DNA from: Gammaproteobacteria bacterium | GTDB lineage: Bacteria > Pseudomonadota > Gammaproteobacteria > GCA-001735895 | Direction of reading: 5' to 3' | NCBI GenBank assembly: GCA_050298595.1 | Contig: JBNKUM010000071.1 | Location: 1 to 57,814, forward strand | Length of the DNA stretch: 57,814 bases | Shown: positions 10,881 to 21,145 of the stretch, piece by piece | Numbering within the stretch: position 1 is the stretch's first letter | Layout of the letters: each line of letters opens with the position of its first letter | Position numbers and translations under genes: made by a program | The notes under the pieces: generated by a model | Database searches by the model: none | What the model was told of the DNA's origin: nothing | The model's input: only the letters and a program-made list of their open reading frames with translations

Positions 10881-11330
10881 ATGGCAAGAGGCATAAATAA
10901 AGCAATCATAGTAGGCACTCTGGGTCGCGACCCGGAAGTCAAATATACGGCTGGTGGTAGCGCAATAGTGAATATTTCGGTAGCAACCAATGAATCCTGG
11001 AAAGATAAGACTACGGGTGAGAATGTCGAGAAAACCGAATGGCACCGTATAGTCATCTTCGGCAAGCTGGCCGAGATTGCTGCGCAATACCTGAAAAAAG
11101 GTTCGCAGGTTTACTTCGAAGGTAAGATACAGACCCGAAAATGGCAGGATCAAAATGGTCAGGATCGCTACACAACTGAGATCGTGGCGTCCGAAATGCA
11201 AATGCTCGGCGGGCGTGCAGATAGCTCTGGCGGTACAGCGGATTTCAAACCGCAACAACCTGCATCCAAACCATCCTCACAATTTGATGCACCACCCGCA
11301 GATGATGGATTTGATGATATCCCATTCTGA
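10881..11330 (+). CDS. ssb: Single-stranded DNA-binding protein
   Basis: [12 protein letters not shown]...TEWHR...C-terminal DDIPF. Confidence 0.99.
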   Translation: MARGINKAIIVGTLGRDPEVKYTAGGSAIVNISVATNESWKDKTTGENVEKTEWHRIVIFGKLAEIAAQYLKKGSQVYFEGKIQTRKWQDQNGQDRYTTEIVASEMQMLGGRADSSGGTADFKPQQPASKPSSQFDAPPADDGFDDIPF

Positions 11331-11528
11331 TACATACCTTAGATAATATTTGTGAAGTTATTTATATCCAGGAAACCAGGTGGTTTTCTTAAATAATACC
11401 ACTTTGTTAGATGAGTTAAGGCAGCGATTAACACATGGAAAAAAATATAAATAAAACTGTGCCTGGACCCGATTACACAGTGAAGTGAGTGGTTTTTATC
11501 CATGTAAAAATCTTAACCTTACAATATT

Positions 11529-12965
11529 ATGCCTTCAGAAATTGAAAACGGAATTTTTAGTATAAAGCATCACGGTGCGGTTAATGGCGTTACAGGTTCC
11601 TGTCATGAACTGGAAATCAAGCAGGGTGATAGTCGGCAGGGTGTGCTAATCGATTGTGGATTATTTCAGGGTGCAGAAATTACGGGTGCCAGCGATGAAC
11701 TGGATCAGCTCAAGATAGATTTTCCGGTTCACCATATTAAAGCCCTTGTCGTAACGCATGTACATATAGACCATGTTGGCCGCATACCGTATCTACTGGC
11801 AGCTGGTTTTAGCGGGCCGATAATATGTAGCAGGGCTTCCGCCATATTGCTGCCGCTGGTGTTAGAAGATGCACTGAAAATTGGATTTACACGTAATGAA
11901 CGATTGATAGAGTCCTTTTTATCAAGAATTGTGGATCAAATAGTGGCTCTGGACTTTAACCGTTGGCATGCAATTATCTCCAGTGAGGAAGTCTCGTTAA
12001 AAGTAAAACTGAAAGAAGCGGGGCATATTTTGGGCTCGGCCTATATAGAGTTCTCTGTGACCAAAGGCAAAAACAACCAGCGAGTCATTTTTTCTGGTGA
12101 TCTGGGGCCGCCTTATACACCACTTTTAAACTCACCCAAATCACCGTATCGAGCAGATAGTCTGGTCATCGAAAGCACCTATGGTGATAAAGTTCATGAA
12201 AACAGGCGTACAAGACTAAAAAGGTTAGAGGCCATCATTATTTCTGCTTTGCAGGATAGCGGGGTTATTTTGATACCGGCATTTAGTATAGGTCGCACGC
12301 AGGAGCTGCTTTATGAAATTGAATCCCTGATTCACAAGCTATACGGGCAAAAAATAACGCAAAATTTAAACTGGCAGGACCTTGAGGTAATAGTCGATTC
12401 ACCGCTGGCAGCTCAATTTAATAAAGCCTATCGCAACCTGAAGCCCTTCTGGGATGCCGAAGCCAGGACAAAAGTGAAGGCAAGGCGTCATCCGCTTAAT
12501 TTCGAACAGTTGCTCACCATAGATGACCATGCAACGCATTTACAAACGGTTAAGTATCTGGCAAAAACAGCCAGGCCAGCAATAGTTATTGCGGCTAGTG
12601 GCATGTGTACCGGAGGCAGGGTTGTTAATTATTTAAAAGCACTGTTGCCTGATAAAAGAAACGATATCTTGTTTGTAGGTTATCAGGCGCGAGGTACAGC
12701 CGGGCGTGACATACAGCAATATGGTCCGCAAAATGGATATGTTGAGCTGGATGGGCAGCGCTACGATATCCAGGCAGCTGTTCATACGCTGGGCGGGTAC
12801 TCAGCCCATGCAGATCAGTTTGATCTGTTAAAGTTTATTCGACGTATTCGGCACAAACCCCGGGAAATTCGTATAGTGCATGGCGATGATGATGCGAAAC
12901 AGGCTTTAAAAGGTGCTATACAGGAGTTGTATGATGTAAACGTAATTATTCCTGTCAGCGATTAG
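11529..12965 (+). CDS. MBL-fold beta-CASP metallo-hydrolase (resembles Vibrio Rjg junction gene product)
   Basis: HHGAVNGVTGSCH, IDCGLFQG, THVHIDHVG, AGHILGS, FSGDLG, ESTYG, YSAHAD, VHG. Confidence 0.9.
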   Translation: MPSEIENGIFSIKHHGAVNGVTGSCHELEIKQGDSRQGVLIDCGLFQGAEITGASDELDQLKIDFPVHHIKALVVTHVHIDHVGRIPYLLAAGFSGPIICSRASAILLPLVLEDALKIGFTRNERLIESFLSRIVDQIVALDFNRWHAIISSEEVSLKVKLKEAGHILGSAYIEFSVTKGKNNQRVIFSGDLGPPYTPLLNSPKSPYRADSLVIESTYGDKVHENRRTRLKRLEAIIISALQDSGVILIPAFSIGRTQELLYEIESLIHKLYGQKITQNLNWQDLEVIVDSPLAAQFNKAYRNLKPFWDAEARTKVKARRHPLNFEQLLTIDDHATHLQTVKYLAKTARPAIVIAASGMCTGGRVVNYLKALLPDKRNDILFVGYQARGTAGRDIQQYGPQNGYVELDGQRYDIQAAVHTLGGYSAHADQFDLLKFIRRIRHKPREIRIVHGDDDAKQALKGAIQELYDVNVIIPVSD

Positions 12966-13044
12966 TGCGGGTTAAAAGACCTATCTCAATAACCTTGAAG
13001 GCATGATAATATAACCTGTAATCTTTTAAGGAGGTCGGCTGGTC

Positions 13045-13590
13045 ATGTGTCCCATAAATGCAATTGAGCATTATACTTATGATGACTATTGTCAGTGGGA
13101 AGGACAGTGGGAGTTGATAGAGGGGGCTCCATTGGCGATGACGCCATCACCTGTGATCAGCCATCAGGCTATTTCCGCTAAAATACTCAATCAATTAATG
13201 AATTCGATTGGTGATTGTGAGCAGTGCCTGGTGTTAGCTGAGCAAGACTGGAAAATAAGCCAGGATACCGTAATAAAGCCTGATGTTGTGTTGATCTGTG
13301 ATGAGCCAAATGATAAATACATCACCAAAGCGCCGGAAATTATTGTTGAAATTATCAGTCCATCGACGGCAAAAAGGGATGAGGTTTTTAAGTTCGAATT
13401 ATACGAAAGAGAGAAAGTGCTGTTTTATATTATTGTCTACCCGGACGATTTAAAGGCAAAGATTTATAAACTGGAAAATAACAAATACTCGAAACAGGGC
13501 GACTTATCCAAAGAGACTTATAGCTTCGAGGGTACGAGCTGTCCTGCAAAAATCGACTTTGATGCGGTGTTCAAGGTGCTAAGACGATAA
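13045..13590 (+). CDS. Uma2 family (PD-(D/E)xK) putative endonuclease
   Basis: WELIEG...PSP..HQ, PD, PEIIVEIISPST..RD...K..LYE. Confidence 0.85.
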   Translation: MCPINAIEHYTYDDYCQWEGQWELIEGAPLAMTPSPVISHQAISAKILNQLMNSIGDCEQCLVLAEQDWKISQDTVIKPDVVLICDEPNDKYITKAPEIIVEIISPSTAKRDEVFKFELYEREKVLFYIIVYPDDLKAKIYKLENNKYSKQGDLSKETYSFEGTSCPAKIDFDAVFKVLRR

Positions 13591-13805
13591 GGCGTGATTT
13601 TTCAGTACTTTAAAAAAGCTCATACCGATATGGCCAGAATTTGTGATATATGGCTCAGAGCTAGCAAGGCATGGTGTTTTTGATATGTATGAGGGGTTAT
13701 AATCCCCGCGCATTTTAAGTGGAATGAGCGTTTTATTACACTAACCTTTAGTGATATTACAATCAACCAGAATCTAATCTGAAAAAAAATGAAAAAGAGG
13801 TCCTT

Positions 13806-14975
13806 GTGAAAATAGCTGTCGCCGGAACCGGCTACGTTGGTTTATCAATATCCATGCTGTTAGCCCAGCACCATGAAGTAGTGGCACTGGATGTGGTACC
13901 TGAAAAGGTCAAAATGCTGAATAAGAAACAGTCTCCTATAGTCGATGTTGAAATCGAAGACTTTCTGGCTAACAAACCCTTAAACTTCAAAGCGACACTG
14001 GACAAGCAGGAAGCTTACAAAGGTGCAGAATACGTTGTTGTCGCCACCCCGACCGATTATGACGAGGTGACCAATTATTTCAATACCTCGACAGTAGAAT
14101 CAGTGATTAAGGATGTAATGGAAATCAATCCGACAGCCGTAATTGTTGTCAAGTCAACGGTGCCGGTTGGTTTTACTGCTGGGATAAAAAGAAAATTGAT
14201 GTGTAATAGCATCATGTTTTCACCAGAGTTTTTACGCGAAGGAAAAGCGTTGTATGACAATCTACATCCTTCAAGAATTATCGTCGGTGAGAAATCAGAT
14301 CGCGCAAAAGTTTTTGCTGATCTACTTGTGGAAGGAGCAGAGAAAGAAAATATAGATGTTTTGTTCACTAGCTCAACAGAAGCGGAAGCGGTGAAGCTAT
14401 TTTCCAATACCTACCTGGCCTTACGTGTGGCGTACTTTAATGAGTTGGATACTTACGCAGAAGTACATGGGCTGGATGCCAGGCAGATTATTGAAGGTGT
14501 TGGCCTCGATCCTAGAATTGGCTCGCATTACAATAATCCATCATTTGGTTATGGTGGCTACTGTCTGCCTAAAGACACCAAACAGTTACTCGCTAATTAT
14601 AGAGATGTTCCCAGTAATATCATCAATGCAATCGTTGATGCAAACACCACCCGGAAAGACTTTATTGCGTTTTCGATTTTGGAGAGAAATCCAAAAGTAG
14701 TTGGTGTTTATCGCCTGGTTATGAAAAGTGGTTCAGATAATTTCAGGGCTTCAGCTATACAAGGCGTCATGAAGCGTATAAAAGCAAAAGGTATCGAAGT
14801 AGTTGTGTATGAGCCAGTGCTGGAGGAAGATGAGTTTTTCAAATCTAAACTCATCAAGAATCTGGATGAATTTAAGGGAATGTCAGATGTAATAGTTGCT
14901 AATCGTGTTACTGACGAAATTGAGGATGTCAGAGATAAGATTTATACGCGGGATTTGTTTGGTAATGATTCCTGA
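13806..14975 (+). CDS. ugd: UDP-glucose 6-dehydrogenase
   Basis: [28 protein letters not shown] catalytic motif, YTRDLFG end. Confidence 0.96.
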   Translation: MKIAVAGTGYVGLSISMLLAQHHEVVALDVVPEKVKMLNKKQSPIVDVEIEDFLANKPLNFKATLDKQEAYKGAEYVVVATPTDYDEVTNYFNTSTVESVIKDVMEINPTAVIVVKSTVPVGFTAGIKRKLMCNSIMFSPEFLREGKALYDNLHPSRIIVGEKSDRAKVFADLLVEGAEKENIDVLFTSSTEAEAVKLFSNTYLALRVAYFNELDTYAEVHGLDARQIIEGVGLDPRIGSHYNNPSFGYGGYCLPKDTKQLLANYRDVPSNIINAIVDANTTRKDFIAFSILERNPKVVGVYRLVMKSGSDNFRASAIQGVMKRIKAKGIEVVVYEPVLEEDEFFKSKLIKNLDEFKGMSDVIVANRVTDEIEDVRDKIYTRDLFGNDS

Positions 14976-15023
14976 TCTGAAATCAAGTGATTTAATTAAA
15001 TATGGGTACTAAGAGATAAAGAT

Positions 15024-16007
15024 ATGATCGATAGCTTTATATTTACATCTGAAATCGTCCCAGAAGGTTATCTGGATAAATACTGTGACACAGTTTCAGG
15101 CTCAATACTCGATGCGGTACTGACCCAGAATAAACACGCACGAGTTACCTGCGAAACGCTAGCCAAAACTGGCGGTATGATCATTTTGTCATGCGAGTCA
15201 AACACCAAGGCTTGATGTTTGGTTATGCCACTACTGAAACCGATAACCTGATGCCTGCGCCGATCAGTTATGCGCACAAGCTGGTAAAACAACAGGCCGA
15301 CGTACGCCGTGCTGGAATTTTGAGTTGGCTGGGACTAGGATGCCATGAGCCAGCTGACTTTTCTTTACCAAGATGGCAAACCAGTAGCTGTTGACACCAA
15401 TGTATTATCTATCCAGTATTCACCAGAGTCTCACTCTACCCGAGCTTAAGGAAGGCGTGATGGAAGAAATTATCAGCCCTGTGATTCCTGCTGAATGGAT
15501 CAACAGCTACACCCAAATCCACATCAAACCAACCGGCAATTTCCTGGTTGGTGTACTTGCGTGTGATACAGGCAGCACCAGACGAAAGATTATTCGTCGT
15601 TACTTTCGGCGGCATGTCACGTCATGGTGGTGATTTCTCCGGCAAAGACACATACAAGATGGATCGCTCTGCAGCTTATGCGGGGAGTGCCTGTTGCCAA
15701 GAAAATTATTGTCGCTGGATTGGCGGATCGTTGTGAAATATAAATTAGTTATACCATTGGTGTAGCCAAACCGATCTTGATCAGCTTCGAAACCCTTGAG
15801 AGCAATCATGTCGATACAAAGATGATTGTCGATCTGGTACGAAAACTCTTTGTCCTGAGTCCATTGGGTATTATTACTGGCCTGGATTTACTTAATCCCA
15901 TCTACCGGGATATTGCGGCATATGGTCATTTTGGTCGCGATGATCTGGATTTGAGTTGGGAAAGTGCTGACAAGGCAGACCTGCCAAAATCGGAAGCTGG
16001 GATCTAA
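15024..16007 (+). pseudogene. metK: S-adenosylmethionine synthetase pseudogene
   Basis: Colinear with 31337-32497 but broken into five short ORFs; ~180 bp internal deletion near 15205 removes GAGDQG; GHPDK changed to GYLDK. Confidence 0.95.
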
Positions 16008-16041
16008 ACTATTAATATTTAGGTTGACCCAATCTTAAGTT

Positions 16042-16867
16042 ATGATTGTTGATATATTTCATAAGTCAAACTCCCTACTTGCTGGGGGGGGTAAGAATAT
16101 TCATCCTTATTTTGGATTAATATTCTTGAAATGAAGCTATTTAGAAAGTCTCTAAACGGAGCATATTTTGAATTTTCTTTACTTGAAGTATTAAAAAGTT
16201 TTTTTGTTATAGGATTAGATGTTTATGGCTGTACAAAGAGTGGTTTTGTTCGATTTAATCCGAATAATCAAAGTTTTAAAAATTTAGTAGGTATTGAAGA
16301 AGATGTCGAGTCTAATAGGAATAATGATGTTAAATTAGACGGCGGGAAAAATTTTATCTTTGGCGCAATGAGTAATGCTGGAAATAAAAAACCGGGAAAA
16401 CTTATCTTATAGATACTGAGAATCTAACCGTAAAGGAGCTGAATAGTGGATATTGTATTCCTAACGGTTTTGTATTTAATCTGGATTGCACTGCATTGTT
16501 TATAGTAGAGTCATATATTGAGTTAATTTACAAATATGATTATGACAAAGTAAGTGGAGAAATAAAAAATAAGCGATTATTCCATGATATGAGTGCTACA
16601 GGGTTTTTACCTGACGGAATGACTGTCTCAAAAACAAATAATATCTGAAATGCAATTTGGTATGGGGCGATGATTAAAAAGTATGATCAAGTTGGAAATA
16701 TAATAGATTATATCGATTTTCCAATTTTAAGACCTACCAGCTGTGTTCTTGGTGGTAAAGATAAAAATATTCTCTTTGTGACTAATGCTACAGAAAGTTT
16801 AGACAGGAATCAGTTAATAAACTACCCAAGTTCTGGTCCAGTTCTAAGTATAAACTTAAACCTATAG
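16042..16867 (+). pseudogene. SMP-30/gluconolactonase family pseudogene
   Basis: Fragments FWINIL, RNNDVKLD..FIFGAM, IPNGFVF, PDGMTV, PTSCVLGGKDKNILFVT separated by frameshifts and an in-frame stop. Confidence 0.85.
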
Positions 16868-16875
16868 ATCATTTT

Positions 16876-17817
16876 ATGTTAGTTAGCGTAATAATCAGAA
16901 CCTATAATGAAGAAAAATATCTTCAGCGCTTAATAGATGGAATTAGATCGCAGAGGTTGGGATCTGATGAGGTGGAAATAGTCATCGTTGATTCCGGCTC
17001 AACAGATTCCACATTGGAAATAGCTAAACTCAACAATTGTAGGGTAACTTTTATAAAAAAGAGGGATTTTTCTTTTGGAAGATCACTAAATGTTGGGTGC
17101 AAATATGCACGGGGTGATGTGTTTATTTTTGTTAGTGGGCATTGTATTCCAGCGACAGATTTTTGGCTTAAAGAGTTAATCGCTCCTATTCTCAATGGTT
17201 CATGTGCTTACACTTATGGTCGTCAGTTAGGTTATGAATCAACAAAATATTCAGAATGCCGTTTATTTGATAAACACTTCCCTGAATATTCGAAGATACC
17301 GCAAATCGGATTTTTTTGTAATAACGCTAACGCTGCTATTTCGAAATCTACCTGGGAACAATTTCTTTTTGATGAAGAACTGTCAGGGTTAGAGGATATG
17401 GATCTTGCTAAAAAAATTGTTGCTAGCGGTGATGGTATTGGGTACATAGCTGAGGCACCTGTTTTCCATGTCCATAATGAAACCTGGCAACAGGTAAAAC
17501 ATCGTTATGAAAGAGAAGCTTATGCGCTAAAAATCATTATGCCTGAAATTCATTTCAATCTAGTCGATTTTTTTAGATATTTTATGGCAGGTGTATTTGA
17601 AGATTGCAAAATTGTTGTGCGTGAAAAAAGGTTGTTATCTGAATTCAAAGATATTTTCTTATTTAGATTTATGTATTACTATGGTACCTATATCGGTAAT
17701 CATGAACATAGAAAGCTCTCAAAAGAATTGAAATATAAATATTTTTATCCAAAAGACTTAGATAAGGGGAAGCATGAAAAAAAAGATAGTGGCATTATTG
17801 CCGATAAAAGCAAATAG
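16876..17817 (+). CDS. Family 2 glycosyltransferase
   Basis: VSVIIRTYNEE, IVDSGSTDST, FSFGRSLN, EELSGLED. Confidence 0.9.
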   Translation: MLVSVIIRTYNEEKYLQRLIDGIRSQRLGSDEVEIVIVDSGSTDSTLEIAKLNNCRVTFIKKRDFSFGRSLNVGCKYARGDVFIFVSGHCIPATDFWLKELIAPILNGSCAYTYGRQLGYESTKYSECRLFDKHFPEYSKIPQIGFFCNNANAAISKSTWEQFLFDEELSGLEDMDLAKKIVASGDGIGYIAEAPVFHVHNETWQQVKHRYEREAYALKIIMPEIHFNLVDFFRYFMAGVFEDCKIVVREKRLLSEFKDIFLFRFMYYYGTYIGNHEHRKLSKELKYKYFYPKDLDKGKHEKKDSGIIADKSK

Positions 17818-18460
17818 TGAAAGAGTTAAGGGTAAGAACTTCAGAGACTTCAATGGTAAACCTTTATTTAAATGGATACTCGACACTCTGCTTAGCATCG
17901 AAGAAATAGATCTAGTTGTTATTAATACGGATGCCAGGGCTATTCTAGCCACTAATGGTTTGGTGGATTCTGATCGAGTGATGGTTAGAGATCGAAAACC
18001 AGAAATTTGTGGCGATATGGTTAGTATGAATCTGGTGTTGTCAGATGATGTCAAGAATGTGGACTCTGAAATTTATTTAATGACTCATGCAACGAATCCA
18101 TTATTGAGTGCGAATTCTATCCGGCAAGCTATTCACAAATTTCAAAATGCATTTGAAGGTGGTAGTGCGGATTCACTTTTTACAGTAAATAAAATACAAA
18201 CCAGATTCTATCGAGAGGATGCTTCAGCCGTAAATCATGATCCCAATAACCTTATCCGAACTCAGGATTTAGAACCTTGGTACGAAGAAAACTCAAATTT
18301 ATACATTTTCACAAAGAACAGTTTTGAATCAACAAAAGCTCGAATAGGAAAGAAGCCTATTATGTTTGAGCAGCCAAAGTATGAAGTAATTGATATTGAC
18401 GAACCTGAAGATTGGAATTTTGCTTTAGTAGTAGCAAAATATCATGAAAAAAGTATTTGA
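17774..18460 (+). CDS. Acylneuraminate (CMP-ulosonate) cytidylyltransferase family
   Basis: ALLPIKANSERVKGKN...GKPL, THATNPL, ENSNLYIF, IDIDEPEDW. Confidence 0.9.
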   Translation: MKKKIVALLPIKANSERVKGKNFRDFNGKPLFKWILDTLLSIEEIDLVVINTDARAILATNGLVDSDRVMVRDRKPEICGDMVSMNLVLSDDVKNVDSEIYLMTHATNPLLSANSIRQAIHKFQNAFEGGSADSLFTVNKIQTRFYREDASAVNHDPNNLIRTQDLEPWYEENSNLYIFTKNSFESTKARIGKKPIMFEQPKYEVIDIDEPEDWNFALVVAKYHEKSI

Positions 18461-18468
18461 GATTAGAT

Positions 18469-19398
18469 ATGAAGATTTTAGTAACTTGCCCACCAATGTT
18501 AGGGATGATCGATTCTTTCAAGCCTCTCTTTGAAGAAAAGGGTGTAGAGTTAACGGCACCGAAAGTAGTTCAAACACTATCAGTTAATGAGCTAAAAGAA
18601 ATTGTGCCTTTGCACGATGGATGGATTATTGGTGATGATCCTGCTACGAGGGAAGTGTTTGAGGCTGGAAAAAAAGGACGTCTGAAAGCTGCTGTTAAAT
18701 GGGGGATTGGTGTTGATAATGTTGATTTCGATGCTTGTAAAGATTTTGACATTCCCATAATAAATACACCAAATATGTTTGGCGGTGAAGTTGCCGATAT
18801 TACAGTAGGTTATATAATCGCATTAGCTCGTGAGACATTTGAGATAGACCGGAGTGTACGTAATGGGAGATGGGATAAACCACGAGGTATTTCGTTATCA
18901 GGTAAGACCGTTGCCCTTGTCGGTTTTGGTGATATTGGTAGTAGTACCGCAAAAAGATTACTTGCTGCTGATATGAAGGTGATTGCCTATGATCCAAATG
19001 CAAATAATATGAGTGGGCTAAATGTAGATTTTGCCGATTGGCCAGAAAGAATAGATGAGGCTGATTTCATAGTTGTGACAGCATCATTAACGCCATCAAG
19101 TAAACATATGCTCAATGAGGAAGTTTTTGAAATCGTAAAAAATGGAGTGAGGGTAGTGAATGTAGGAAGAGGCCCCGTTATTGATGAGAGATCTTTAGAA
19201 GATGCTCTAAAGTCCGGAAAAGTTTATTCTGCTGCACTTGATGTTTTTGAAATAGAACCATTACCTTCAGGTTCTTATTTAAGATCACATTCCCATTGTA
19301 TTTTTGGTTCGCATAATGCGTCAAATACCAGTGATGCCGTTCAGCGGACAAGTGAAATTGCTATCAGGAAGTTATATGATTTTCTTGGGATAGATTGA
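18469..19398 (+). CDS. D-2-hydroxyacid (phosphoglycerate-like) dehydrogenase
   Basis: GIGVDNVD, GFGDIG, VNVGRGPVIDE, AALDVFEIEPL, SHNAS. Confidence 0.88.
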   Translation: MKILVTCPPMLGMIDSFKPLFEEKGVELTAPKVVQTLSVNELKEIVPLHDGWIIGDDPATREVFEAGKKGRLKAAVKWGIGVDNVDFDACKDFDIPIINTPNMFGGEVADITVGYIIALARETFEIDRSVRNGRWDKPRGISLSGKTVALVGFGDIGSSTAKRLLAADMKVIAYDPNANNMSGLNVDFADWPERIDEADFIVVTASLTPSSKHMLNEEVFEIVKNGVRVVNVGRGPVIDERSLEDALKSGKVYSAALDVFEIEPLPSGSYLRSHSHCIFGSHNASNTSDAVQRTSEIAIRKLYDFLGID

Positions 19399-20204
19399 TG
19401 TCCAGGTTTTCAGTGCTTATAACTCTGGCAAATGGCGGATTATGGGCTGGTAAAATTCTTTACATGTGAATTTACACGCACCATTTATTTTTATTAATAC
19501 ATAAAACCATGTCCTGAGGACGTGGAGTTGGTCCGAAGTCTCTGCCTAAAGGACATAATAACTCTACTCATGCATCCTATCGTAGTTGTCGCCACAACAG
19601 ACTAGATAGGAGCAAAAGCATGAGTAGATTCAGTAAATTATCGCATGTGATATGGTATTGTCAGTATCATATTGTTTGGGTGCCAAAATACCGTTATCGG
19701 GTGTTAAAAGATAGGATTGGTTTTGAGGTAATGAAAACCATCCGAGTGTATACAGAAAGGGAAGGGTGTGAGGTTATCGAATTAAATGTACAGGAGGGCC
19801 ATATCCACTTACTTGGTCAAGGTCCCACCAAATATTTCCATATCGAAACTGATGGGTGTGATAAAAGGAAGGGCTGGTATTCAAGCAATTTCCCTTTTTA
19901 AAGGAAAAGCCCTATTGGGGCAATCATTTCTGGGCCAGGGGGTATTGTGTCGATATTGTAGGGGTAAATGCCGAAATGATCCGTAATCCGGCTGCTTTGT
20001 TAACGTCAATGTTGAAATCTGGGTTTCAGGATAATCCAGAAGCTTTTTCCAGACTAGAAAAATTTCATCCAGGTGGTTGTATAGGAACCAGTAGCTAAGT
20101 GGCTAGAATTGCATTGTATCTGGTCGAAGAAAAATCATCTTTTTAATCGAGTACAGTTTAATCTTGATGGTGGGATCGGATCAAAATTACATGACCCAGA
20201 TTGA
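19398..20204 (+). pseudogene. SDR oxidoreductase pseudogene interrupted by IS200 remnant
   Basis: ATG overlaps the previous stop: MSRFSVLITLANGG (degenerate ITGANGG); C-terminal part at 19985-20204 reads NPAALLTSML...HPGGCIGT..*VARIALYL...LDGGIGSKLHDPD*. Confidence 0.78.
19503..19984 (+). mobile_element. tnpA: IS200/IS605 family tnpA remnant (frameshifted, right end lost)
   Basis: LSHVIWYCQYHIVWVPKYR, HIH motif, WGNHF..RGYCVDIVG; end hairpin CCATGTCC-TGA-GGACGTGG; leader hairpin TCCTATC...GATAGGA over the RBS. Confidence 0.9.
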
Positions 20205-20221
20205 GATAAAGAGTTAATTAT

Positions 20222-21145
20222 ATGGTTAAAAAATTTCAATACCTCGATCCTGAAGAAATCTTAGATTCAGATGACTTTAGGGTAATCGAATCGTTTCTGA
20301 AAGAGACTGGAAGAACCCAGATTGGGTGGCATTATATTGTAGACCTTACCTGGATGTATTCATGGGTTAAGACGTGGCCAATATCTTTTAAGGTTCTTGA
20401 TGTGGGTGGGGGGCATGGCCCAATCCAGTTTTTATTAGCCGAGTTAGGATTTGATGTTACCAATATTGACCTTGAACCGGCAAGAATCAGGTATATATAT
20501 CAACAAAGGTATAAAACTCAACTACATAGATTAAATAGTTATCAAGCCACAGAATATTCAGATCATCTGAAAGGGTTAAGACGCTACCGAGCGATTGCTA
20601 AAAAACTGTACGCTTCAATAAATGAATTTCCAGTTCTGCGTGATATTCTTTATTCACGATATTTTAATAAACATCAAAATTGGAGAGCTAAATATGTAGA
20701 AGCTTCTCGACCTGTTGGTACTATAGAATGGGTTATGGGGAATATTTGTAGTATACCTGAGATACAGGAAGAATCATTCGACGCAATAGTTTCACTTTCT
20801 TCTATTGAACATATCCCTAAAGATTACTTGAATGATGCCCTGCAAGAAATATCTCGAGTATTAAAACCGGGTGCTCGATACGCAATAACTACATCTGCAA
20901 CTCATTTGACTGAGACATGGTTTCATGAGCCATCACGGGGGCTTTGTTTCTCTGAATTTGAAATCCCCGATATTTTTGATGCAGAAAAGTTTAATGATGT
21001 TGATCCGGAAAAGATACTCGAAAAATATCAGAAATCAGAATTTTTGAAAAAAAATCTTGCCGGGTTTTACAAAAAATCGGGTGCTAACGGTATGCCCTGG
21101 GGTGAGTGGGAGCCAAAATATATACCCGTCGGTATTTTTAATTAA
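20222..21145 (+). CDS. Class I SAM-dependent methyltransferase
   Basis: VLDVGGGHG, VTNID, FDAIVSLSSIEH, SRVLKPG. Confidence 0.85.
   Translation: MVKKFQYLDPEEILDSDDFRVIESFLKETGRTQIGWHYIVDLTWMYSWVKTWPISFKVLDVGGGHGPIQFLLAELGFDVTNIDLEPARIRYIYQQRYKTQLHRLNSYQATEYSDHLKGLRRYRAIAKKLYASINEFPVLRDILYSRYFNKHQNWRAKYVEASRPVGTIEWVMGNICSIPEIQEESFDAIVSLSSIEHIPKDYLNDALQEISRVLKPGARYAITTSATHLTETWFHEPSRGLCFSEFEIPDIFDAEKFNDVDPEKILEKYQKSEFLKKNLAGFYKKSGANGMPWGEWEPKYIPVGIFN

Noticed and set aside
10746-11258. 170 aa minus-strand ORF
   Set aside because: Antisense shadow of ssb with no recognisable motif
13591-13805. JUMPstart/ops element before ugd
   Set aside because: No GGCGGTAG ops motif seen; only a short CACTAA-CCT-TTAGTG palindrome of doubtful significance
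15024-16007. metK pair as template/variable repeats of a diversity-generating retroelement
   Set aside because: No reverse transcriptase in the window; differences are not adenine-specific and include indels
16084-16091. G8 tract near the lactonase start as a phase-variation switch
   Set aside because: The gene has further frameshifts and an in-frame stop, so slippage could not restore it
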